Shown piece by piece: positions 19,914 to 28,497 of a DNA stretch of 64,000 nucleotides (positions are counted from its first letter, which is position 1; each line of letters starts with the position of its first letter). The stretch spans positions 151,811-215,810 of the forward strand of contig JANYHK010000120.1 in NCBI GenBank assembly GCA_025359105.1. Direction: 5' to 3'. The notes beneath the pieces are model-generated. The model did no database searches. It was given only the letters and a program-made list of their open reading frames with translations, and had not been told where the DNA came from. Source of the DNA: Myxococcales bacterium. Its GTDB lineage: Bacteria; Myxococcota_A; Polyangia; Polyangiales; Polyangiaceae. A program made the translations under genes and the position numbers.

Positions 19914-20956
19914 TGGGGCGGCGGGCGGAGAGCCTCCGCGTCCTCGCGGTCTGCCTGGCGCTGGTCGTGATCCCGGCGGTCACGCTCGTCGCGTGCTCCG
20001 GCCGCGGCGGGCCGAACGAGCCGTTCGATTGCACCAACTCGGGGGAGCATCCCACCGAGCTCGCGTGCACCGGCCTCTACTCGAGCTGGTCGTCGAAGGA
20101 CGTCGCCACCGATGTCTTGCCGTTCACGCCGGGCTTCGCGGCGTGGAGCGATGGCATGGCGAAGCAGCGCTGGCTCGCTCTACCGGCGGGCACCAAGATC
20201 GACACCACCAACCCCGACGAGTGGGTGTTCCCCGTCGGCACCCGCGTGTGGAAGGAGTTCCGCCGCGGCGAGCAGCGCGTCGAGACGCGCTTCGCGATGA
20301 AGCTCGCGAGCGGCGAGTGGCTTCGCACGACCTACCGCTGGTCCGCCGACGGGGAGTCGGCGGCGGCGGAGCTCACGACCGGCGAGACCGACGTTGGGGG
20401 CACCGGCTACGAGATCCCCGCCCTCGCGACCTGCGCCACCTGCCACCGCGGTCGCGCCGACGGCGTGCTCGGTTTCGACGCCGTCACCATGGCCGCCCCC
20501 GGCGCGACCGGCCTCACGCTCGCCGAGCTGACGCGGCGCGATCTCCTCTCCGCCCCGCTCGCCGCGCCCGTGGTCCCCGGAGACGCGCAGGCGGTCGCGG
20601 CGCTCGGTTGGCTCCACGCGAGCTGCGGCACCGCCTGCCACAACGCGTCGCCCAAGGCCGCCGCGCACTTCACCGGCTTGAACATGCGCCTCGACGTCGC
20701 CACGCTCGCAGCCGGCGTCGAAGGGACCAACGCGTACCGCACCGCGGTCAACGTCCCGTCCAACTTCTCCGCGCCCAACGGCGCACACGTCCGGATCGCC
20801 GCGGGCGAGCCCGACGCGAGCACCCTCGTCTTCCGCGCCAGCTACCGCGACCGGAGCGGCCAGTACCAGATGCCGCCGCTCGGCACGCACTCCGTCGATC
20901 CGCAGGGCGTCGCGACGCTCCGTGCCTGGGTCGGCTCCCTCACGCGTCCCCTGTGA
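19913..20956 (+). CDS. lipoprotein with a CxxCH motif, candidate c-type cytochrome
   Basis: MGRRAESLRVLAVCLALVVIPAVTLVACSG lipobox. The mature protein contains CATCH (CxxCH) and SCGTACH (Cx3CH-like). Confidence 0.6.
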   Translation: MGRRAESLRVLAVCLALVVIPAVTLVACSGRGGPNEPFDCTNSGEHPTELACTGLYSSWSSKDVATDVLPFTPGFAAWSDGMAKQRWLALPAGTKIDTTNPDEWVFPVGTRVWKEFRRGEQRVETRFAMKLASGEWLRTTYRWSADGESAAAELTTGETDVGGTGYEIPALATCATCHRGRADGVLGFDAVTMAAPGATGLTLAELTRRDLLSAPLAAPVVPGDAQAVAALGWLHASCGTACHNASPKAAAHFTGLNMRLDVATLAAGVEGTNAYRTAVNVPSNFSAPNGAHVRIAAGEPDASTLVFRASYRDRSGQYQMPPLGTHSVDPQGVATLRAWVGSLTRPL

Positions 20957-21012
20957 TCGCGGCGCGACGGGCTGATTTTGACGACGATTCTTCCTCGAAC
21001 GAACCCCTGGAG

Positions 21013-21759
21013 ATGATCATGAAACGCACGCTCGCCCTCACGACGTTCGTCGCCCTCGCCGGCTGCAGCGGCGACGACGCAATCTCGGGTACCCCTGATG
21101 CGGGCACCCGCCCTGACGCCACGTCGGACACCGGAAGCGTCCCCGACACGGGCGGCGGTCCGGATGTCGTCCAGGACGTGGGCTCGGGCGACACTGGCGC
21201 GGTCGCGGACGCCGGCCCCGACGCAGACGGCAGCACCACCGATCCCGACGCATGCCCGGGGACATGGACGACGCCGCCGAGCGTCGCGCCGGCGATCACG
21301 TTGCCCGCCGACGGTGGCGGGCCGCTCCTTCATGCCGGCGCGATCGGCACCCAGAACTACACCTGCCAGCAGGTGACGGTCGACGGCGGCACGGCGTACG
21401 CGTGGGTCTTCGTCGGCCCCGAGGCCGACCTCGCCGACTGCCACCATGCCAAGATCGGCACCCACTTCGCCAGCGACGGCGGGGCGACGGCACCGCAGTG
21501 GCAGACCACCGACGGCACCTACCTCGTCGGCAAGAAGCTCGCGGCGTTCACGCCCGACGGAGGCGCGACCGCGATCCCGTGGCTTCTCATCCAGGAGACG
21601 GGCAACAGCGGCACGGGGACGCTCTCGAAGGCCGGCTACGTCCAGCGCCTCAACACCACCGGCGGCATCGCCCCCGCCGTCACGTGCGACGCCAGCACCG
21701 TGGGCACGACGCAGAAGGTCTCCTACACGGCCGACTACTTCTTCTTCGGCACGCCGTAG
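21013..21759 (+). CDS. DUF3455-like secreted lipoprotein
   Basis: MIMKRTLALTTFVALAGCSG lipobox. The C-terminal domain (NYTCQQ...YAWVF...CHHAKIGTHFASDGG...YLVGKK...TYTADYFFF) resembles DUF3455. Confidence 0.65.
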   Translation: MIMKRTLALTTFVALAGCSGDDAISGTPDAGTRPDATSDTGSVPDTGGGPDVVQDVGSGDTGAVADAGPDADGSTTDPDACPGTWTTPPSVAPAITLPADGGGPLLHAGAIGTQNYTCQQVTVDGGTAYAWVFVGPEADLADCHHAKIGTHFASDGGATAPQWQTTDGTYLVGKKLAAFTPDGGATAIPWLLIQETGNSGTGTLSKAGYVQRLNTTGGIAPAVTCDASTVGTTQKVSYTADYFFFGTP

Positions 21760-21765
21760 AGTCCA

Positions 21766-21798
21766 GAGTCCGTGATCGCGAGAGAACCACGGACTCTA
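21766..21798 (+). terminator. stem-loop after the DUF3455-like gene
   Basis: agagtccgtg-(13 nt)-cacggactct, a 10-bp perfect inverted repeat starting 7 nt after the stop. There is no T-tract. Confidence 0.4.
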
Positions 21799-21835
21799 GC
21801 CTCTCTCCTGAAGATCGCAGCACCGCACGCGTCCC

Positions 21836-22147
21836 TCAGCCCTGCTTCACGTCGATGCGACGTGGCTTCAGGAACTCCTGTTTAGGAGGTCGGAGATACA
21901 ACACCCCCGCGCTCAACTGGGCGTCGATCTTCGAGGCATCGATCCCTTGGGGGACGGAGAAGACTCGGAAGCAATCGCGCGATCGCTGCTCCGCTGCGAT
22001 AGGCGCGCCGGTGGTCTCGTCGCTCCGCTTCGCCAGTATGGTCAGCTGCCCCTTTTCGAGCTGAACATCGATGCCGTCGTGGCTGGCGCCGGGCACGTCT
22101 GCGACGAGCAGAAGTTCGGCAGCCTTTGCCAAGGTGATGGTGAGCAC
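21836..22147 (-). pseudogene. second Hsp20 alpha-crystallin domain ORF (frame B), either the fused or frameshifted continuation of the Hsp20 locus or a truncated paralog
   Basis: VLTITLAKAAELLLVADVPGASHDGIDVQLEKGQLTILAKRSDE...GVLYLRPPKQEFLKPRRIDVKQG is a complete ACD plus an IxI-type tail but lacks an N-terminal region. Immediately upstream in this frame is ...ATASVKNGVLTITLAKAAE, which looks like the missing C-terminal tail of the frame-A gene. Confidence 0.5.
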
Positions 22148-22538
22148 GCCGTTCTTGACGGAAGCGGTCGCCTAATGGGGTTGACCTTGCAGGGCAACTG
22201 AGACTGCGCGAGAACTTCACGTGGCTCCGCTCCTGTCGGTGCGCGGAGTAGCCCTCAGGGGCGACGACCTTGCGCTCTCCCGAGATGGTGACGCCGCCCT
22301 CGTTGAGGGTGACCTGGACGTCTTTCTCCGACAGCCCGGGTACGTCCGCCTTCAATACGAGGTTCGAGCCCCCGTCGAAGAAGTTGATGCGGGGGAAGGA
22401 CGATGCAGAGAGCGCGCGAGAGCTCGAGGATGCTCCCTGCCACGACGGCTCGACGTCGTCCCACGCGCCATCCATTCGACGCCGAAGTTCGTCCATCAAC
22501 GCGAACGTGTTTTCAAAATCGCTGAAGCGCGACAACAT
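21882..22538 (-). CDS. Hsp20 / alpha-crystallin family small heat-shock protein (frame A; only the first ~117 aa look native)
   Basis: ATG 22538 preceded by AAGGAGAA. MLSRFSDFENTF...FPRINFFDGGSNLVLKADVPGLSEKDVQVTLNEGGVTISGERK...GYSAHRQERSHVKFSRS is a typical N-terminus plus ACD. After FSRSLS this frame turns R-rich and loses the expected LPxxVD...GVLTITLPK tail. Confidence 0.5.
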   Translation of the reverse strand: MLSRFSDFENTFALMDELRRRMDGAWDDVEPSWQGASSSSRALSASSFPRINFFDGGSNLVLKADVPGLSEKDVQVTLNEGGVTISGERKVVAPEGYSAHRQERSHVKFSRSLSCPARSTPLGDRFRQERRAHHHLGKGCRTSARRRRARRQPRRHRCSARKGAADHTGEAERRDHRRAYRSGAAIARLLPSLLRPPRDRCLEDRRPVERGGVVSPTS

Positions 22539-22998
22539 GACATTTCTCCTTTCGAAAATTTGCCCGTGCTGAGCACGGGATCGTCTGCGGTTGCATCCGT
22601 GACTGCTCCGCGTTCTTGTTCCGCTCAGGCGGCGGCGCCGCGTCTTCACGCAGGGAAGGCTTCAGTCCCGGCACGAACCACTCCGGGGATGGATCGAACA
22701 GGGCGGGGTCGTCCTCGAACTCATCGGGAAGCTCAGCGAGAGGGGGGAGCTCAGATCGTTGCCACATGGTTTGGTCCTCCTTTCCTTGCAGTGGGTACCG
22801 AGCCGTCCCACGGGGCGCCGGGTAAAACGTCGCGTTTCTCCCCGGGGTGCACCTCGAAAACGACTCACTTCTGCCGTTAAACACCGGCCGATTCGTCGTC
22901 AAGTGGGGACCACGCGGTCTGTACCGAGTCGTTCACGGAGCCGAGCCGCGCGTCGCGTCGCTGCGCGCGACGCGATCGGTCCCTGCTATCCTCTCGCT

Positions 22999-24456
22999 GT
23001 GGACAGCATCGCCCGGGCCGCCCGCGCCCTGCACTCGCTCGGGGCGACGCCGCCGTCGGAGCCGCTTGCGCCGGTGATCCTCCGCGCGCGCGCCGCGCTC
23101 GGAGCCCCCGTCGATCGGCCTGCGCTCTTCGCGTACTGGCGCGGCCGCGATCCGGGCAGCATCACGAGCTCGATGCGCTACCGGTGGGACCTGTCGCACA
23201 AGCGGTGCGTGCTCCCGAGCTACGCCGGCGCGCCAGAGACGTGGCGGGCGTGGCGTCCTCTCGAGCAGCCGCTGCTCGAGAAGGATCCCTTCGAGTTCGA
23301 AGAGCGCCTGACGGTGCCGATCCTCATCGCCGAGTGCGCAGAGCTCCTGCTCGAGAGCGAGGGCGAGGACGCCAAGGAGCTCTTCGCCGAAGCCGAGCCG
23401 GTGTTCCGGCGCGACCTGGCCTTCTACATCCAGGCCGCGCACGCGTGGGCCGACACGTTCGCCCTCGCGCGCATCGCACGGCGTCCGCGCGCGCTCGCGC
23501 GGCTCTATCCGCTGGCGGTCGCGATCGCGGTGTCGTACGCGGGTCTCGCCGATCGGGCGGGCGGGCGCGTGCTCGGGACGCGCTTTCCGCTCCACGACGT
23601 GGCGCTCGTCTCCGCGAGCGCGCAGCTCGCGTCGGGTCTCGTGGCGCTCGGGATGAGCCTCGACCTCGTCGCGCGCCTGCTCGCCTTCGTCGCCGGCGAG
23701 CGCCGCGCGTCGGGCGCGTGGGGCGACGGCAAGGGGCCTGACGACGTGATGACCACGCTCGCCGCCGCGTCGCTCCTCGCCCGACTCGATCCCGGCTTCG
23801 ACCCGGCGCCGACCGCGGCCTACTTCGCGAAGCAGCAGCGGCCCGACGGATGGTTCCGCGCGCTTGGCCCCGAGGCGCCGTGGCTCACGGCGGAGATCCG
23901 CGCGTGGCTGGTCGACGCGTCGCGTCCGTTCTCCGACAGGTTCGAGTGGCCGTACGTCCCCGACTTCAACCTCGACCACAAGACGCGCGTGCCGTTCTTT
24001 GCGGCGTTCTCCGAGCTCGCGCGCTTCTTCGGTGCGCTCGAGGGGCTCGCGGCGGCACGGGTGGACCTGGCGTTCCTGGACCTCGCTGGATTTCGGGCGT
24101 TCAACAACGCCTACGGGCAGGAGATGGGCGATGCGGTGCTCGCCGCGTTCGCCGCCGAGCTCGCGAAGACGCCGAGCGCGCGCACGATCCGCGACGGCGG
24201 TGACGAGTTCCTCGTCGTGGGCGCGCCGACGCGCGGAGGCCTCGAAGGCGACCTCGACGCGTTTCGCCGCGCGTGGCCGCGTGCCTTCCGCGCGCGCTTC
24301 GGCGCCGACGCGCCGCCGGTCGCGCCGCGCATCCTGGTGACCGAGACGCGCGGCGGGAATCTCTCCTCCGTGCGCGAGATGCTCGGGCGCCGCGTGGGGA
24401 CGCTGAAGCACGACGCGCCGAACCCCGGTGAAGAAGGCGTCCTCGCGCGCGCGTAG
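22999..24456 (+). CDS. GGDEF-domain protein with an N-terminal alpha/alpha-toroid (prenyltransferase/terpene-cyclase-like repeat) domain
   Basis: C-terminus FLDLAGFRAFNNAYGQEMGDAVLAAF...TIRDGGDEFLVVG is a diguanylate-cyclase-like GGDEF domain. The N-terminal region has repeats such as SGAWGDGKGPDDVMTTLAAASLLARL. The start is probably GTG at 22999 (VDSIARAAR...); the track ORF's first 80 codons are R-rich. Confidence 0.7.
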   Translation: MDSIARAARALHSLGATPPSEPLAPVILRARAALGAPVDRPALFAYWRGRDPGSITSSMRYRWDLSHKRCVLPSYAGAPETWRAWRPLEQPLLEKDPFEFEERLTVPILIAECAELLLESEGEDAKELFAEAEPVFRRDLAFYIQAAHAWADTFALARIARRPRALARLYPLAVAIAVSYAGLADRAGGRVLGTRFPLHDVALVSASAQLASGLVALGMSLDLVARLLAFVAGERRASGAWGDGKGPDDVMTTLAAASLLARLDPGFDPAPTAAYFAKQQRPDGWFRALGPEAPWLTAEIRAWLVDASRPFSDRFEWPYVPDFNLDHKTRVPFFAAFSELARFFGALEGLAAARVDLAFLDLAGFRAFNNAYGQEMGDAVLAAFAAELAKTPSARTIRDGGDEFLVVGAPTRGGLEGDLDAFRRAWPRAFRARFGADAPPVAPRILVTETRGGNLSSVREMLGRRVGTLKHDAPNPGEEGVLARA

Positions 24457-24594
24457 CCCTCAGAGGCTGTCGAAAAATCGACGTCGAACGTCTCGGCACG
24501 GCGTGACGGTCACGGGGCCCGCCGGGTTGTCCCGTTGCCACTGCTCTCCAGGCACCGCAGGTCGCGTCGTCGTCGTCGATTCGTGGACACCCTT

Positions 24595-25554
24595 TCAGTT
24601 CGCGCAGCAGCGAAAGCCGACGTGGATGTCCGTCGCCTTGCGCTTGGGGTTGATGTTGAGCGCGTCGCACCTGAGCCCGTTGCCGCTCATCGCGTAGTCG
24701 CCGCCACGCGCACGACAGGGTTGATCGGGGGCCGCTCCCGGCTTGCCGTCACACGAGTCCTCCCACTCGGCCACGTTGCCGGCCATGTCGAAGAGGGGCG
24801 GGAGCCCGAGCACCTCGCAGCTCGCTTTGGAGCCGACGGGCGCCGGGCCGGTGGGCGCGGGCGACGCCAGGCTGGAGAAGCACTGCCCGTTGTCCGGCGC
24901 GCCTCCCCAAGGGAACGGGTGACTCGGCGGATCGTTGGCGGTGCACGCCGCGAACCACTGGCTCTGCTGGATGTCTGCGCCCTCGCCGCCACCGAAGTCG
25001 ACGTCGCCGCCGCCGAGCTTGCCGCACAGTTCCTTGCCCGCCCAGGCGCAGAACGCCTTCGCGTCGCACCAGTCGAGGCACGTGACCGGGGCGGACGAGG
25101 CCGTGTTCACCGCGTAGGCGAAGCAGCCGGAGGGCGCGTCACCGCCCGGCAAGTAGGTCGCGTTCTCCGCGCAGGGCGGACCCTGCGCCGCGATGGGGTT
25201 GGCGCCCAGGAACGCGCCGTAGTGCGCCTGCGTCACCTCGGTGGAGTCGATGCAGAAGCTCGGGGCGGAGCCGGCGGACGTCGGGACCTCGATCATGGTC
25301 GGACCGTGGTTGGAGGCAGGGTTGCAGCGCCCGGCGTCGAACGACGCGCCTCCTTCAGCGTCGGAGCCTCGTCCGTCCGCGCTGCCGGCAGCGTCCCCCG
25401 CCGCACCGTCACCGCCGGAATCCCCGCCGCCCCCGCCGTCGATCGCGGAGGTCCCCGCGTCAGCGGCGGGGCGATACTCGCCACCGAGCCCCGCAACGAG
25501 GCCGCACCCCGTGACCAACACGGCGAGCCCCGCAGCGGCGAGGTACCTGCGCAT
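24595..25554 (-). CDS. formylglycine-generating enzyme (FGE-sulfatase / SUMF1) family lipoprotein
   Basis: Lipobox LVTGCG, G/D-rich linker, then FGE motifs (DMAGNVAEWEDSC, RGGDYAMSGNGLRC, HVGFRCC). Confidence 0.8.
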   Translation of the reverse strand: MRRYLAAAGLAVLVTGCGLVAGLGGEYRPAADAGTSAIDGGGGGDSGGDGAAGDAAGSADGRGSDAEGGASFDAGRCNPASNHGPTMIEVPTSAGSAPSFCIDSTEVTQAHYGAFLGANPIAAQGPPCAENATYLPGGDAPSGCFAYAVNTASSAPVTCLDWCDAKAFCAWAGKELCGKLGGGDVDFGGGEGADIQQSQWFAACTANDPPSHPFPWGGAPDNGQCFSSLASPAPTGPAPVGSKASCEVLGLPPLFDMAGNVAEWEDSCDGKPGAAPDQPCRARGGDYAMSGNGLRCDALNINPKRKATDIHVGFRCCAN

Positions 25555-25620
25555 CTCACAAACCTAGCAGCGGTGCCCAATTCCGCACGCAGCGGAGATC
25601 GCATCGGCGCAGCGCTCGCG

Positions 25621-26448
25621 TCACTTCACCAGGGCGTCGTGCATGATGAGGTAGATCGCGGGATCGTAGAAGGTCTGGAAGTGGTCCACGAACGTGTCGC
25701 AGAGCCCGATGTTCGTGGCGCCCGGCACGATCGACGTCCGGTAAGGCCGGATGTACTCGTCGGTGCAGGTGTAGATCGACGTCATCGGCACGTTCTTGGG
25801 GAGCGGCGCGCTGTTGACGGCGGTCAAGAACTTGCTGCCGGGGGACAGGTCGTAGAGGGCCGGCCATCCGGCGATGGCCGCCGCGATCGGCGCCTTCGCG
25901 ATGCCGTGCTGGGGCGAGACGAACGTAACGAGACGCGAAACGTGCTGGTCGCCGCCGAGCGACTGGATGTAGTGGCGCGCGATGAGGCCGCCGGTGCACT
26001 CGGCGAGGATGTCGATCTTCTCTTGTCCGCTCTCGGCCTTCACGCGGGCGACCACGTCGGCGAGGTCCCTCGAGTTCTGGAACAGGCTCCCGCTGAGAAG
26101 AGCCGGCGGCTCGTACACGACGGGGCGAAATCCGTCGCGGGTGAGCCGGGCTTCGATGGGCTTGAACCATGCGGCCGGGATCGTCACGCCCGTGATGAGG
26201 AGGACCGTGCGCGGCGTCGCGAGCGGCGTGGGGCCGGGCTCGAGCGTGCCGACCTTGAGCTTGTCGGCGTACATGTGGAGGAACTTGTCGCCCCAGTAGT
26301 ACGGCGACGTGAGGTCCGACGCGCGAATGCCGTACGCGGTCACAGCCTCGTCGAGGGTCCGCGGGTCCTCCGACTCCGTGCTCTCCGGCGCCGAGGCGCA
26401 TCCAACGAACGCGGAGAGAATGAGGCACGAAAGCATCTTCCTGGTCAT
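25621..26448 (-). CDS. lipase-like alpha/beta-hydrolase lipoprotein (Cys in the nucleophile-elbow position)
   Basis: Lipobox FVGCAS. The fold resembles Bacillus LipA-type lipases (VLLITGVTI..., DILAECTGGLIARHY), with A-E-C-T-G where A-H-S-x-G is usual. Confidence 0.65.
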   Translation of the reverse strand: MTRKMLSCLILSAFVGCASAPESTESEDPRTLDEAVTAYGIRASDLTSPYYWGDKFLHMYADKLKVGTLEPGPTPLATPRTVLLITGVTIPAAWFKPIEARLTRDGFRPVVYEPPALLSGSLFQNSRDLADVVARVKAESGQEKIDILAECTGGLIARHYIQSLGGDQHVSRLVTFVSPQHGIAKAPIAAAIAGWPALYDLSPGSKFLTAVNSAPLPKNVPMTSIYTCTDEYIRPYRTSIVPGATNIGLCDTFVDHFQTFYDPAIYLIMHDALVK

Positions 26449-26484
26449 GACGTTATCCCCTGTCGAAGTCGGTATCCATTTACC

Positions 26485-26500
26485 GAATGAACGTTCATTC
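26485..26500. promoter_or_regulatory. candidate TetR operator: 16-bp perfect palindrome GAATGAACGTTCATTC
   Basis: Seen directly in the AT-richer 148-bp divergent intergenic region between the lipase-like gene (minus) and the TetR gene (plus). Confidence 0.55.
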
Positions 26501-26596
26501 CTAGTACCGAAAGGTGGGTTGTCAACCTTGTTTTTAAACTATTTGAGCCCTTGCTCTCGGTCGTCGCCCGTACGAACATTCAGTTGGAAGTACACG

Positions 26597-27196
26597 ATGA
26601 AACAAGCAAAACGAGGCCGGCCCCCCGCCACCCCCGAGCGGCGCGAGGCGATCCTGGAGGCGGCGCTTCTCTGCTTCGTCGACCGGGGCTTCCACGGGAC
26701 CGCCATGCCCCAGATCGCGGCGCGCGCCGGCAGCGCGTCGGGCACGACCTACCACTACTTCTCCAGCAAGGAGGCGCTGGTGAACGCGCTCTACCGAAAG
26801 TGGAAGAGCGAGGTTTCGCGGATGGTGCTGACCGCGTTTCCCCAGGGGGCTCCGGTGCGCGAGCAGTTCTCGACGATGTGGCGCGAGATGGCCGCCTTCG
26901 CGATCGCGCACCCGGCCGCCTTCGCGTTCCTCGAGCTACATAGCCACACGTCGTACCTCGACGCGGAGAGCATCGCGATCGATCGCGGCCTCAAGGAGTT
27001 CGGGGCGGCGATGGTGAAGCCCGCGCAGGATCAGGGCCTGCTCAAGCCCATGAGCGCGCCGCTCCTCATGGAGCTGGTCTTCGGCGCGTTCAACGGGATG
27101 ATGCGCGCCCACTGGGAGCGCCGGATCGTCCTGACCCCCGAGGCGATGACCGCCGCAGAGCAAGCCTGCTGGGACATGGTGGCGGTTCACCGCTGA
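26597..27196 (+). CDS. TetR/AcrR family transcriptional regulator
   Basis: MKQAKRGRPPATPERREAILEAALLCFVDRGFHGTAMPQIAARAGSASGTTYHYFSSKEAL is a TetR N-terminal HTH. 199 aa. Internal ATG of track ORF 26309..27196. Confidence 0.88.
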   Translation: MKQAKRGRPPATPERREAILEAALLCFVDRGFHGTAMPQIAARAGSASGTTYHYFSSKEALVNALYRKWKSEVSRMVLTAFPQGAPVREQFSTMWREMAAFAIAHPAAFAFLELHSHTSYLDAESIAIDRGLKEFGAAMVKPAQDQGLLKPMSAPLLMELVFGAFNGMMRAHWERRIVLTPEAMTAAEQACWDMVAVHR

Positions 27197-27255
27197 CAGG
27201 CCGACTTCACGGACTTCGTCGCTCTCTCCTCAGCCGAGCCACGTCGTCGCTCACT

Positions 27256-28497
27256 TCAGTTGAGCCACAACAGATACCGCAGCTTTCGCCCGAACGACTC
27301 CTCGCCGCGCGCGAGCTCGTCGGCCATTCGCATCAGGCGCCTCGGGAGCGGCGAGCGGCGCATCTCGCCGACGTAGGCGTCGCCGAGGACCGAGCGAAGC
27401 GCCGCGTCCGGCGATTGCCGCGTGTGCTCGAGGACGTCGAGATCGACGTGGAGATCGTGCGGCGACGATAGGAGCTTGCCCACGTCGATGAAGCCGTGCG
27501 CGCCCGTTCGTTCTTGTCGGCCTTCGACGTGCGCGAAGCCCATGAGCTCGCGGACGTCGAACCCCTCCTCGCTCCGGACGAGGCGGCGCGTGTCGCCGAG
27601 GACGCCGTCCCACGTCGCGTAGAGCGCCTCGTCCACGGGGAGGGGCAGGGGGTGGTTCTTCTGGCGAGGGTTTGGGACCCACTCGCGATCGTCGTCGGTC
27701 TCGGCGAGGTACGCGCGCCGTGCGCGATCCGAGTGATCGAGCCCTTCGAGGATGCGATCGCGCGCCGCGTGCACGCGCCCCGCGTCGTCGAGGTGGACGA
27801 CGAGGACGCCTTCGCCGCGCGACTCCTTGAAGCCGAGGAGATCCTTCCAGCGGTAAGCGACGACGAGATCCAGGAGCGCCCGCTGGAATGCCACCATCGC
27901 GCGTGCCCACTGGACGTCGCCCGCGTCGAGCCGGAACGTCGGCCTTCGTCGCGGGTCTTCGTCGGCCAGCGGCGCCCCCGTCGCGTCGGCCTCGATCTCG
28001 AGGAGGTGCTCGTCGCGACGGTCCTCGCGGCCGTCGTGATTCCAGTCGCCCTTCCAGCACGCGATGCAGAGCTCGAGGGCGAAGGCCTTGTCCTCCTCGG
28101 CGACGGCGAGATCCTCGTCGACGCGCGCGAGCGTCGCCTCGGCCTTGAGCAGTGACGCGCGCAGGCGGTCGAAGTCGGGGCGACGGCGGACGGAGCCACC
28201 GACGAGGATGATGGCCTCCTCGGCGAGCTCGTCCGCGGTCTTCTCCCAGGTGGCGATGGCCCGCACCGCCCGCGCGAGCGCGTTCTTGTCGTCCTTCGCG
28301 AGCGCGTCCTCGGCGCCGCGCGCGGCGTCGGCGAAGCGTCCGGCCTGCAGGGCGAGGACCGCCGGGCGCGCGCTTTCCTGGCGCTCGGCCGGGCTCTGGC
28401 GCGCCCCGCACGCGAGGACGACGACACCGGCGAGGAGAAGGAGAGCAAGCAGATGGAGAGGCCCTCTGGACCCGGCCCGCCCTGCTCTCATTGGCAT
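27256..28497 (-). CDS. hypothetical lipoprotein (413 aa)
   Basis: Real start ATG 28497 (MPMRAGRAGSRGPLHLLALLLLAGVVVLACGARQ, lipobox). The upstream 167 codons of the track ORF are R-rich junk. It overlaps the stop of the preceding Cys-rich lipoprotein gene. Confidence 0.65.
   Translation of the reverse strand: MPMRAGRAGSRGPLHLLALLLLAGVVVLACGARQSPAERQESARPAVLALQAGRFADAARGAEDALAKDDKNALARAVRAIATWEKTADELAEEAIILVGGSVRRRPDFDRLRASLLKAEATLARVDEDLAVAEEDKAFALELCIACWKGDWNHDGREDRRDEHLLEIEADATGAPLADEDPRRRPTFRLDAGDVQWARAMVAFQRALLDLVVAYRWKDLLGFKESRGEGVLVVHLDDAGRVHAARDRILEGLDHSDRARRAYLAETDDDREWVPNPRQKNHPLPLPVDEALYATWDGVLGDTRRLVRSEEGFDVRELMGFAHVEGRQERTGAHGFIDVGKLLSSPHDLHVDLDVLEHTRQSPDAALRSVLGDAYVGEMRRSPLPRRLMRMADELARGEESFGRKLRYLLWLN

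Noticed and set aside
22513-22902. 129-aa minus ORF upstream of hsp20 with acidic motif AELPDEFEDDPALFDP
   Set aside because: Its C-terminal codons overlap the hsp20 RBS and start out of frame, GC3 is only moderate, and it has no recognisable motif. It may be a short upstream peptide, but I could not support a call.
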